Origin: Tubulanus polymorphus
Taxonomy: Eukaryota > Animalia > Nemertea
Assembly: GCF_964204645.1 (NCBI RefSeq)
Contig: NC_134027.1
Coordinates: 25,258,560 to 25,322,559 of the forward strand
Length of the DNA stretch: 64,000 nt
Direction of reading: 5' to 3'
Numbering within the stretch: the first letter of the stretch is position 1; each line of letters begins with the position of its first letter. Positions 39,171-50,928 of this stretch are shown one piece after another. A program made the position numbers and the translations under genes. A model generated the notes under the pieces. The model did not search any database and was not told the origin of the DNA. It was given only the letters and a program-made list of their open reading frames with translations.

Positions 39171-39692
39171 TGACTGGAGCTGACTGGAACTGACAGCAGC
39201 TGACTGGAACTGAATAGAGCTGACTGGAACTTACTGGAGCTGACTGGAACTTACTGGGTCTGACAGGAGCTGATAGGAACTGACTGGAACTGAGTGGAGC
39301 TTACTGAAACTGACTGGAACTGACTGGAACTTACTGGATCTGACAGGAGCTGACTGGAACTTACTGGATCTGACTGGAACTGACTGGAGCTGACTGGAAC
39401 TGACTGGAGCTGACTGGAACTGACAGGAGCTGACTGGAACTGACTGGAACTGACTGGAACTTACTGGATCTGACAGGAGCTGACTGGAGCTGATAGGAAC
39501 TGACTGGAACTGAGTGGAGCTGACTGAAACTGACTGGAACTGACAGGAACTGACTGGAACTTACTGGATCTGACAGGAACTGACTGGAACTTACTGGAAC
39601 TGACTGGAACTGACAGGAGCTGACTGGAACTTACTGGGGCTGACTGGAACTGACAGGAGCTGACTGGAACTTACTGGTGCTGACTGGAACTG
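39171..39692 (+). repeat. 10-bp minisatellite (TGACTGGAAC)n, about 52 units
   Basis: Directly visible period-10 array with variants TGACTGGAGC, TTACTGGATC and TGACAGGAGC. Confidence 0.97.
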
Positions 39693-40680
39693 GGTACTTG
39701 TCGATAAAACCTGCTTCTTTGATATTGTGCCAAGAATTGCATATCGTATATCTTATATAATTACATATATGTCTTGTATCTTAAATCTAATTTGTATGAT
39801 ATGATTATCGAATTCGAATACGCAAAATATCGAGAAAACAATGTTATGGATTATGTACATTTTTTATGAATACGTACTAATAATTTTCACTGCTATTTCC
39901 AAGAAAAAGGAATATGACAATTTGAAAATTAAAAAAAAAGATTATGTTGTTCGTAAATACGGGTTGTTGAATGGGAAATAATTATAAGTCTTTAATACAT
40001 GTTTTAATACTGTTTATATTCAACGCCTTATTACGATATAGATTGACGTCGAAATGTTTGAGATGTATTCGGATGTATTTTGACGAAAACACGAAATTGT
40101 ATTTCAAAAATAAAGCTCGTACGTATTTCATTTTATTCTCTTTTGGGGCCGTTTGAAAATCGACCACTTCTACTTGCTGTTTATCGTGCTTGAAATTTTA
40201 GTACGTGCGATTAAAACGCGCTACGTAAATACCGTTAAACTTCGCCTCAGGACACGACCGACTCAGACTAACTCGGAACAAAAACAAAATCATTTGTCTG
40301 ACTTCTTAACGTATTTTCCTATTCTAAACTCGGGTTTCGCTTACCTTGAATCGATTTTGTCGGTTCGATGTTTTTCCGAGTTAGACGAGGTTTTCTGAAT
40401 TTGAATGATAAAAAACGAGATCATTTTATCAGAATTTGAAATCAAAAGTTTCGGACCCTTTCCAGAGAGCAGTAAATCCGAAACGTCGTGTAATTTTCAC
40501 TTGAGATTTTAATTCTTGATAAATTAATTCCGCTTTTTAATCTTTTAAATTTGTTTAAACATGTCGGCTTTATCTAAACCGATCATCTATTCTACGTATG
40601 AATAATGATGATGATAATAATGTTGATGATAATAATGTGTATTTTCATATCGGGATTGACTTATGCCAACCTGGGCCACC

Positions 40681-40827
40681 TTCGGTTTTCTTAGTTAGTC
40701 GACTATAGTCGAACTAAACGAAACCGAATCTCCGTTAGTCGTAACTATATTCCGGAAATAGTTCGAAAATCAAGCGCATTCGGTTATTAGTTCCGACCAC
40801 TAGTCGACTAGATACGAAAACCGAATT
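40681..40827. mobile_element. Palindromic MITE-like element
   Basis: ttcggttttc...tagtcgacta mirrored by tagtcgacta...gaaaaccgaa. Confidence 0.55.
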
Positions 40828-41267
40828 TAACCCTGAGCGCAGCTGACGGCGTGGAATGTAAAGAGTTAAAAGTTCGGATACATAGGTAGGTGCTATTCTA
40901 CTGCTGTGAGAATGTAGTAGCTGCCCCTGAAAATGATTGAGATGAAGTTATCCACGGCAACATTCTGGCGACAACGTTTCGTAGCTCCGAGAAATGCAAT
41001 CAGAGACGATTTTAGAAACGTGAAGCTAAAAGACATAAAACGAAATTATTTTCCAGTGTGAACGCAGAAAATTAATTTAAAGTAATCATGTTCTATGAAA
41101 TACGTTAGGTGTCCGTGGTGTCACCAGCTATGCGTTATTAAAGTTAATTATGTTTCAACAAAAAAATGAATGATTTTGCCGTGGTAGGCGCAGGTGCTTA
41201 GTTACAGTTGCTACCGCACGACGGGTTTCTCAAATCGACACCAGATGTCACTTGTTTACTTCGAAAA

Positions 41268-43579
41268 ATGACGACATCAAAAAGCGCTACGATCGTTACT
41301 CGTTCAAACGGCTCGACTGTTGACAGCATGGAAGTGTCGGACGCTGAAAGACTAGAGGATACCCTTACGACGTATCACTTACAAAGGATTTACAGACCTC
41401 GTTTGAAAAATACGGCATTTCAGTTTACGAGATATCCGATGCAGAAATGTCTGTTAATCGATCAGGTAACAAGTAACTATAGTTAGGGAAAGGCTGAATC
41501 TAGTTTTAGGTCTTAGTTGCTTGAAAAGTTCAGCTCTGATTAGACTGTACGGTGTCTTACTCCAAGAGTAGTTTGAATACCAGTCGATCATACTGGTTAC
41601 CACTAGAAAAGCTGAATCTCCGAATATCTGAGTACGGTGGAGTTTGTTTCTGAAAAATTCAGTTATCTACTTTCTCTACAGTAAAATCAATGATATAATA
41701 CTAACGCGTGTGTAAGGAAGAATTAAGAATATTTACTAACGCGATACTGAAAAACTAGAAATTTATTGGAATGACTTCAACATTTAATCGGAATTAGATC
41801 CAACGCGATTTCATATGTATAAATCGTGATGACGATTTCCATGAAAGGTTCTATGAATATAGAATCGTTTGTGTTGCGTTAAAAATCACAAAATAAAGCA
41901 AAATGTCGGTCGTGTGAAATTATGAACGACAACTCTCACGTTACAATTAAACATGTTCCATATTTCAGTAGAACTTTGAGTACTGATCGTCTATGACATT
42001 TCGCCTGGGGACTTTATACAGCAAACGTAAAAATCGGGAAAATCCTTACAACTGCAGCAGCGCTGTTCGACGTCACCTGCTATATTTTAAACCCAAACTA
42101 CGCAACGTTTTTGTTAGTTTGACGTAGATATCTAGATTTAACTCGGTTCAGTTTTTATTATTTTTGTTTGGTTTTTCAATAAGGAGAAGAGGGAAACTTT
42201 TAGAAGATTAACAGACACGAAAATCCATGGTTCATTTGGAAGATTGATTTATACCACGGCGCTAGAACAACGTCAGATTCACACGCCGCTACCAGTGACA
42301 CCTATATCTACTAAATGTACGTCATCATCATATTCATTAATTTATTCATTCAATGTCACCTTGTTGCCCCAGTGGTGAACCTGACTCCGGAATCTGTGTG
42401 TAAATTTAGCTCTGAGCCCAGTGTGTTGGTTTGATATGCCTCTGGGTCCAGTTTTATATTTGTGTGAGTCCGATTTTACTTTTATCTAGTTCCGCTTGTG
42501 CGGGTTGAATTTGACCCTGAACTCAGGTGCACAGTTGCTATAAATCAAAAAATCATTGAGATTTTAGATCTATAGATTTATCTAAAAACTCATAAAAGAT
42601 AAAGATCCAGGACAAAAGTTCAGCAGTTATTGGTTCAATTGATTCTAGAGTTAAAATAAGTGCATTGCCAATTTTTAAACTCTAGTTACATCTAATCCAC
42701 GAACTGTAAAACTGACTCGAGTTCATCCCCGCGGGGGGGATTTCGTCAAATAGTACGATCTATGAAATTGGTTTATTTCCATTTAAAGGTGTTTCGCCGA
42801 GTGCTATAATTGTTCGTAGTCGAACTGGGGATATCTTATCAACCAAACATACATCCCTATGCGACTGGTTCGAATCTCCTCCACCTGACCTTGACGATGT
42901 GCTGAGATGGCGAACAACAAAACGGTAAGCAATCTTGAAATAATCCGACGTGGATCCGTGGGATCGACGAAAAGAGAATTCCTCAAACCGACTCCGGTGC
43001 GTAGAGGTCCGGTTTCTGGGTAAAGATTCTTGCAGGGACTTTGGTCGATAGTGGTGAATATGGGCGCATGATTTGGGTTAATTTCTATTGGATAGCGGAA
43101 CCCCTATCTGCCATTATGGGCCATATCTGACATATTTTGGGCCCAAATATAGGGGAACTCCTATATCGTTTGATGTGGGTTCACGTGGAACCAGAAAATT
43201 TTTCCCGGTTGTTATTTTCAGAATTGAAAAACAAGTCAAACAAGATTTCAGCCGAAACGAAAATAACAACTATCCGCTATCAACAGTTTTAGTGCGGTGG
43301 CATCGGACACCGGGTGAAAGTGGTTACAGCAAACAGCAATTGAGAGAGATATTCAACGAATTCGGTCCGATTCGAACTATCAAATACTCGAGCTCGTGCA
43401 GTGCGGTGGTAGTGTTCGAAAATCTGGTCGATAGTTGTAAGTTGATAACGGCGGCGGCGGCGACAAGTCAGTGGTTGGGTGACAAGCAAAATCGATTGGC
43501 GTGCAAATGGTACCACAGCACGATGTCGACGAAAAAATTCTATTTTAGGGGACAGGGCATGTGGGTTCGGTACAACTGA
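41268..43579 (+). CDS. TEX56/C6orf201 (DUF4523)-like protein with a C-terminal RRM-like fold, about 274 aa, 4 exons
   Basis: Phase-consistent exons 41268-41465, 42184-42316, 42789-42924, 43222-43579. PLSTVLVRW...FGPIRTI...SAVVVF...SC...LACKW resembles the TEX56 C-terminus. Start codon uncertain. Confidence 0.72.
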
Positions 43580-45246
43580 TTAGAAAATATAATTTGTAAA
43601 ATAAAGTCAACTGTCTTCTTGTCGCGTGAGAGAAAATGTGCTCATATTGTGAGTGATTGAATCGTGCTGCTTATAAAGGAAACGAATTCGCTTTATAACC
43701 GGAAGCTTACTATGGAAAAAAGTGAAAATGTCAAATTTCTAATCAAAGTTATTAGGTCTTTGTTGAATAATTCATTGAGATGAGAAGGTCATTTTTGGTG
43801 AATACATGTAATGATAATTTAGTTTTTTGGCTCCAGAATCGTGACTGACAACTATCGTAAATAACATCACGCGACTATCGTGTTTAAGTGACTTCTTCTT
43901 CGCAGACATCTAGTTGTTTTCAAATGAATTTTTGAGAGTAGAAAAGCGAGTCTCTCAAATTTTTGTTTGTTTGTTATTGTTTTTTGTTCTTAATGTCGAT
44001 CGGATCGCAATAGGACTGACCCTATTCGATTGTACATTTTTACAGATTTCGCCACATTGACACATGTGGTGATTAAAACATTTTCAAAATTTCATTTGCA
44101 AAATAAATAAGTAGTATGTGGATGTTGGTTTTTCAAAATTTTCCACGGCCTAGCGCTGACTGGACATAATTCGAACAAAAACTGATTTGGCCAACACTTC
44201 CATACTCACAACAACTGAAGAAACGTCACCAAGCCAGTCTTTCTACACATACGTCAAGCTAAAACGACGGTTCTAAAATGGAACGATAGCGGTTATGTGA
44301 AATTTTTTCGACCGTTGCTTGTCAGATTCTCCGAGTCGTTTGATGAATTGATGGTGTCTAGTCGCCTCTTATACTCGTGTGATTCGTTCCGGCGCGGTTC
44401 AAAGACGGAAACTCAGTAAATAGCTAACATGCTAATTTACCACATGGAAGAAAATGCGATGCTTAATGTTACGTTTACGGATGGCCTTTCAGTCACAGAC
44501 GCTGAGAATATGAAATATTGAAATGAATTACCTTATGATACACATGGGAACTGTCGCCGTGCGCGGGAGGTCACAAATAGTCAATAGAAATAGTTTTTAT
44601 TTCAAGTTTTTTTTTATTTAAGAAAGTCGATCGATGTAAAATTCGCTCGATTTCGTCATGTTTTGAAAAATCTTAGGATTACCGGCGTCGCGACCGACCC
44701 AGTCTCTCCCCGACAGGCCAAACCGGTAAAAGGGTAGTGGTTCTGCAAACATTTACATCGATCTCATCACAATATCCGACATCCTGCTGCACTTAATTTT
44801 ATTCTCATGTGCAAATTATGTGCAGTACTAGGAAGATTCGCGGCGGTGTGCTGGGCTTCGCGCCAATAACCCCTACCGTTCTGATTGCGGGGAATGCAAG
44901 TGGCGCAAAATTGGACAGGCAGCCAGGTAGTCTAGGCGATTTTTTTTCACAAGAGAGTTTCCACCATTTTGTTCGGAGTGCGCATGCTCTGCTGTGTTTG
45001 TAGACAAATTCACGCGTGGAATCGACCGCCGAGAACTGTGTCGCTGTAGTGTGCCTGTGCCCACGTACCATGAGTTCTATATGCCCGTACGGACGTGTGC
45101 AAGACCGGTAACCAGTCTAACTCGTAGTTGGAGACCAGTCTAATTGGCAACCAGTCTATTGGAGAGTGGAGTATCAATTAAATCAACTTTGTTGACGCAA
45201 AATATCGTGAACTGAAGGTTTGACAGACATAAACAAATAGTCGAAA

Positions 45247-46698
45247 ATGGGTTCTATATTCGGGAAAGCTATGGACGAAAACCTGAAAAAGAACCAGGAA
45301 TTCATGCTACGTACACAACAATTACAGGTAGCTTACGAAAATATATTATAGAGAAAACGTCATGGGCCTACTCAATATTAATTGGTTTTTCATTGACATT
45401 GTTGTTTTGTTGTTTTTTTAAGCTGGGGCACTGGGCTACCGGTGGCTGGGCGTGGTTACCGTGTGGCCTGGTAACTTCGACGTAGGCAGCGCTCAATTCA
45501 AGACCTAATTAACCCATTTGATTTGTTTCACTTTTCTTGTATTGTAGATGGAACGGCAATTAAATATGCAGAACCTGATGAGAGAAAGAATGATGGCAGC
45601 TCAACTCGCTAAAAATAAAGATATATTTTACTGGTTTTCGAGTTTCTATGCAGTTGCCCTAATGGGTCTCATCAGAGGGTCAGTTAGCATTACTACTAAA
45701 ACTGGGATCAAATTATTGCGGATGAAATGTCATGTAGTTGAAATAAGTTTTTCTCGGTTTGTAGATATTCAAAAGCAAAGAACCCTGCATTCATCGGCCC
45801 ACTGGTGCCACTGACATTTATCCTTGGCTATCAAATCGATTTGAATTATGGCAATAAATTGCAAAGGATAAGAGGTAAAAATTGACACGATTCCTCATTG
45901 ACAATTTTGAAAATTAAGTTCTTAGATTTTGAGCATTAGAATATAGGCCTAAGCTAAAGCCTAGTGCACATCGACACTGCGATTGGAGACAACTAGTTGC
46001 AAGGCAGTTTTCGGCGCATGAGAGGAACTGGCTGGATACGATCAGTTGCTTGAATGTGTCGATGTGAGCGAGCTTACGATTGGTAAGCGTCGATCTATCT
46101 CCAGTTCCAGCCAGTTGCCCATGTTCTACTTTTGAGCAACTGGTTGTACTCAATCGCAGTCATATCCGTCGATGTGCGCGCTCTGGATCTCGACGATCGA
46201 CACGCGCCATGCAGTTGCTGCAACTGACCGGTTGTAACTAGATTTCGATGTGCGCGGGGTAATCGTTCGGTAGCAACTAGTTGTCTCCAATCGCAGTGTC
46301 GATGTGCGCTAGGCTTAATATTATACCAGATATTATATACCGGTATTGTATTAAACAATTCCTGAGCAATGATCCATTGATAAAGATCTTTGGATTTGAA
46401 TCAAAAGCTCTAACATTTGCTAAACAAATTGTGTCTTTTTCAATGTCTTGAATAATGTCTACAACGCAGATATCGCTAGTGAAAAGATCCGACTTGAGCA
46501 TCTGGAGTGTACTTCATCCAGCTCGAAGTCAAAAGATACAACTTGAGTGGAGTTAAACTGTACCATCCAACTGATCCTCTTTCATTCGTTGTATTTTTAG
46601 ACGGAGCTGAAACGATTCTAAAAGAGGATTTATCGTTGATTTCGATGCCCGGAGGAGTCCCAACTTTCGATGAAATCGAAGAGCGACGCGGTCAATAA
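45247..46698 (+). CDS. PLGRKT: Plasminogen receptor (KT) homolog, 139 aa, 4 exons
   Basis: Exons 45247-45327, 45548-45678, 45765-45874, 46601-46698. MGSIFGKAMDENLKKNQEFM...QMERQLNMQNLMRERMMAAQLA...PLVPLTFILGYQIDLNYGNKLQRIR is the recognisable PLGRKT sequence. Confidence 0.95.
45958..46315. mobile_element. PIF/Harbinger-type MITE in PLGRKT intron 3
   Basis: TIR of about 43 bp, AGCCTAGTGCACATCGACACTGCGATTGGAGACAACTAGTTGC, with TAA on both sides (45955-45957, 46316-46318). Confidence 0.88.
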
Positions 46699-47650
46699 TA
46701 AAAGCTTTCGAATATGTTCTTTTTCTGCAATAGCTTAAAAATGTCATGACCTCCCCTAACTCAGGATTTTCCACAAATTTTTGACGGGTTCTTCCATTTA
46801 CGGTACCTCATTATGATTACCTCATTAAAATAGTTTAGAACTTGAAATCATATTGCTCTATATATAACATTTACACAGTTATAACTGTACTAATTAAATT
46901 AGAAATTAATAATATTTCATATTTGTGAAAAATAGTTTTTATTTTGTAAAGAGCCTTAAAAAATATACTTATTTTTATCGAAAATCTATGAAATATTTTT
47001 TGTATGTTATTTTGGCATTTTCTGTGATCTCATGTAGGCTGTTAATCGAAGACCAGGGAGATAAAATAATAACTCATGATTAATAGAGGGGCAGTGCCCT
47101 TTGGAGAGTCAGACAAAAATTGCCCGTTTCGGCAAAATTTGTGCCCTATTTGAAGATAGTGCTTTTTGAATCAATAGAAACTCAGCATTCTCAGCCGTGA
47201 CCCCTCCAACCACTGGTCCCTTAATCCTTGATATCACGCTACCTAATCATCGCCGAGATCAACGCACCGGGATTAACAGTTTAATTACGGGATTCGAACC
47301 GCGACTAAGATTTATTATTTCTATCTCTGGCAAGCGAGTCAGTGCAATATACGGGGAATCCCCAATTTCAATACGCTTCGCAGTTTAATGCAGTAGAAAC
47401 CCGTCATCGCTTTCAAAATCATCATCTCGTGAAATGAAGCGCTGTTGCAGTTGACGTAAACGAGTTTAAACTATCTATTGTTTAATTTAGTAAGCTTTTG
47501 AAGCTGAATGATTTTATTTCAGTTCATTAATTGCAATTTGAGGTTGATTTTTAACGTTTTTTTGTTCAGTCTGGACTGCTGGATTGGTGTCGAGTCATCT
47601 GATTTTTTGTCATTATTCATTGCCATATCATTTGGCCGTCAGTACCACAG

Positions 47651-47805
47651 GGGCTCGTATTTGAAGTTTGGGGGTGAACTGTAGCTTAGATCATCCGATA
47701 ACCAAGGTACTTACTTTAATTCTTACCAGGGATATTATTATTGTATAATCTAAGCTACAGTACAGTTCACCCCGAAACTGAAATTTCAAATACGACTACG
47801 AGCCC
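47651..47805. mobile_element. MITE-like inverted-repeat element
   Basis: gggctcgtatttgaa...ggtgaactgtagcttaga mirrored by tctaagctacag...ttcacccc...ttcaaatacga...cgagccc. Confidence 0.6.
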
Positions 47806-47929
47806 AATATTTGACTACTATACGACCGTGGTTTATTAAGTAACTTATGGTGGTGGTGGCTAATATTATCAATTTGGGTGAATTCTAAAAATCACAAGCA
47901 AGCACACAACCAAATGAAGCCTATTGAAC

Positions 47930-48167
47930 GGTCATCCTTATTACCGAGATGACGTATTTTACCGAGATCAACCGAGATAAACCGAGATGAAATTAAATAT
48001 GACATATTTATTTATTCCTTATCGATTTTTACCATTGAGATCATATTATTACTGATATAACATGATTTCAAGTGTTAAAATCGATAAGAAATAAATAAAT
48101 ATGCTATATTTCATTTCATCTCGGTTCATCTCGGTAAAATACGTCATCTCGGTAATAAGGATGACTC
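47930..48167. mobile_element. Long palindromic MITE-like element
   Basis: gtcatccttattaccgagatgacgtattttaccgagat mirrored by atctcggtaaaatacgtcatctcggtaataaggatgac. CCTATTGAA occurs on both flanks. Confidence 0.7.
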
Positions 48168-49147
48168 CTATTGAAGGTTTGAAAAAAATGCATTGAATAA
48201 ATATTTTCATTATATTGACAAAACATTATTTTTGTATTGTCATGTCTCCAAAACGAAAAGATGTTGTTTTGTCACAAACTAAAAATCTTGTTTGTGAAAT
48301 TGTGGCAAATACGTGATTTTTTCGCGTATGGCCTGCTGGATCAGCCACCATGATGACTAGTACTAGAGTTAGTGGGCGTAAAGTAGCTTTAGATCCTCCA
48401 ATACCCAAGCAACTTTATTTGCTGGGATATTGGAGCGTCTAAGCAGGGAAGTGTGATGAGATGGAATACGGACGCTTTTAATTGCCGGATGTAGGCTATT
48501 CAATTCAGCCCGTACATCAAAGGTTACCGCAACAGCAGTAAGCTACGCTTATCGAGTGTGTGTTACCAGCTGAACACCAGTCAACATCAACTTTGATTCG
48601 GTCGCAGAACAACCCGCAATAGTTTTAGCCAGATAAATGTTCTGCGATCGATACTACGCATGCGCACTGCAGTTCATTGAACAACGTGGAAGTGGCTCTG
48701 TATGCACATATTTTTCTATCGAAAATCGGTTGAAATTCAACAATTTCTCGTAAAATTTGTCCAAAAAGGTATGTATTTTTATTCTTCTATATCTCCGAAA
48801 CCCGGTATCGGAACATTAAGTATTTATATTGTGATTAAAGTCTGTTTTTATGTGTTAAACATATGTTTTTGCCAGTTCGTTCCGATTCCGGGTTTAGCGT
48901 TATTTGGGCCTTGAAGATGTCAAATATTTCGGCCCAGACTCGCGCAGCTTTCGTTTCTGACGTCATGTTGCTATGTTACGACACAAACATATACACGAAG
49001 TATGATCTTTAAAATGTGTATTTACTACATAATAATGTTACTTAATAACGCTTACATTAGGCCTACAAATTATTGTCCCCCATATAAACAAAGTTGCCTA
49101 AATAGCATCAGCAATCTCATTTAATTAACCTTTTTTTGTTTTTAGTC

Positions 49148-49480
49148 ATGGATCTTTGTCGATTGTGTGGAAAAAATGCGAAACCTCCGGATCGTCGTCC
49201 TATCGATAAAAATGATTTCAAAAGCCATGTGAAGGAGTTGTTCAACATTGATTTTGATGATGATACTGAACAGTACCCGATATATATCTGTAATATGTGT
49301 CGTGTCAAATTACAAAAATGGCGTAAGAACAAAAACGTTAAAAAAACTGTCCCTGTTACTATCAAATTAAAACAATGGACATGTAAACCACTGGTTAATT
49401 CCAAGTCTGGACGGCGACTTATTTGTAGTCAAAATTTTATCGATCGATTTTCCATAATGTACTGCTGCCATTCCATTTGA
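49148..49480 (+). pseudogene. Truncated transposon ORF with a C4 zinc module resembling the RAG1/Chapaev N-terminal domain or ZAD
   Basis: MDLCRLCGK...KELFNIDFDDDTEQYPIYICNMCRVKL. The ATG is preceded by acceptor ttttag (ending 49145); donor AAG|GTATGT at 48768/48769. No catalytic domain follows. Confidence 0.65.
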
Positions 49481-50083
49481 ACTGAATTTAAATACTCGAT
49501 GGTTAATCACTTCAGTCATAGCCTTTTCCAAATATATAGTGTTCCTGCGAAAATAATAATAATGATTATTATTTTAACATGTACTTATCTGGATTTTTTA
49601 TATTATGTTTATGTATTATTTTCTGTATTCGTTTATTATTTTATAACCTAAAAGGATTGTATTGATTATAAAAATAAATGTAAAAAATACCTGTATGTGT
49701 GTTTTCTCGTGTTCAGATCGCAGTCTCTGGTCAGCTGAGCCTGAGAAGTACCTATATGAATAAGAAAAGGAAAGAAGTGCCTGCAATTAGGTGGAAACTA
49801 TTCCGATATTTCATTGATTCAAAAGGAATAACACTCACTAGAATCGGCCGAATTAGTTGATCCTGATCCAGAGGATTCCCGTAATATTTCCGTATCGATC
49901 TGAACCAATTCGTCACTATCAAAGAATAGATCGTCAAAATCGTCATCATTTATAATTTCGTTGACAACCGCTGCCATTTTAATACAGCGGAAAGAACCGA
50001 TATCACGATTGATAAAACACTATATCCGTCTGAAGCGATGTAGAGAGAATCCCACAATGATAACGAAAAAGTCCAAAAATGTT

Positions 50084-50145
50084 AGTAGTTTATTCAACGT
50101 TTCGTCCATGTCCTAATAGTCATCTTCAGAAATAATGAATACTAC
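50084..50145 (-). ncRNA. Minimal type I hammerhead ribozyme motif in a Penelope-like fragment (about 50010-50430)
   Basis: Minus strand: UUAUUU-CUGAAGA-U-GACUAU-UAGGAC-AUGGAC-GAAA-C-GUU-GAAUAA. Stem I is UUAUUU/GAAUAA extended by GUAGU/ACUAC; stem II has one mismatch. Confidence 0.65.
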
Positions 50146-50633
50146 AGAAATTATGAAAGATATATACAATCCAGAGACAAAGAGACTAATTCAAGTAATC
50201 AGAGATGATACTAACTAAAGGAAAATTAACGTAGAAACAGTTACACACTAAAACAGATTAAAGAGAAGCAGTTAAGAGACAAACTAGGGGGCACTTAAAT
50301 TTAAGACAATTGTGAATACAAGTTGATCGACTAAAATTGATGAGGGGAAATCAGGTGTTGAGTTTAACCAGTTTACAGAGGAATTTTTATATAAGTTTAT
50401 TATGGGATGAAAAACCGATATTCGGAAACAACTGATTTATTACGGAGATTCCCGATCTCGCTGGTTATCGCTTATCGGCGCGTTACGTAACAAAGCGCTC
50501 GCCGACGAACCGTTATCGGCTTTAGGGCAATTACAACGCACATTCGACAAGAGCTGCACAATAGCGTCCGTATTCCATCTCATCACACTTCCCTGGTCTA
50601 AGCTACTATTCACCCACAAACTTCAACTATGAA

Positions 50634-50845
50634 CCCCTGGGTCCAGTTCCACAGTTGTGAGTTAAGATTTGACCCTGGGTTAAAACATTGAAAATGAACT
50701 AAATTTAACTCAGAGTTAACTCTAACTCACAACTGTGGAAAGTTCCACAGTTGTTAAAGTTACAGTTAACTCTGAGTTAAAATTAGTTCATTATCAATTA
50801 GTTAACTCTCAAATCTTGACACAGAACTGTGGAACTGGGTCCTGT
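50634..50845. mobile_element. MITE whose TIRs match the 39-bp repeat unit
   Basis: gggtccagttccacagttgtg ... aactgtggaactgggtcc, with an internal palindrome. Confidence 0.7.
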
Positions 50846-50928
50846 GGTTAAGTCAATAACTTCAGCGAAGATTTCGTCCGATAAATTTTTCCTATTTTTA
50901 TTCGCTTCAGCGCTTTTAACCGGGAGAA

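Larger units (their letters stand above)
48444..50595 (+). mobile_element. 2.15-kb non-autonomous DNA transposon with perfect 33-bp TIRs and a 7-bp TSD
   Basis: TIR CAGGGAAGTGTGATGAGATGGAATACGGACGCT at 48444-48476, exact reverse complement at 50563-50595. GTCTAAG at both 48437-48443 and 50596-50602. Confidence 0.92.

Noticed and set aside
48660-48768. Candidate RBCK1 promoter and first exon
   Set aside because: It lies inside the TIR transposon and pairs better with the acceptor at 49145 of the transposon ORF. Exaptation for RBCK1 cannot be excluded without transcripts.
48444-50595. ProtoRAG/RAG transposon call
   Set aside because: No RSS-like CACAGTG termini, the TSD is 7 bp rather than 5 bp, and no RAG1 core or RAG2-like ORF is present.
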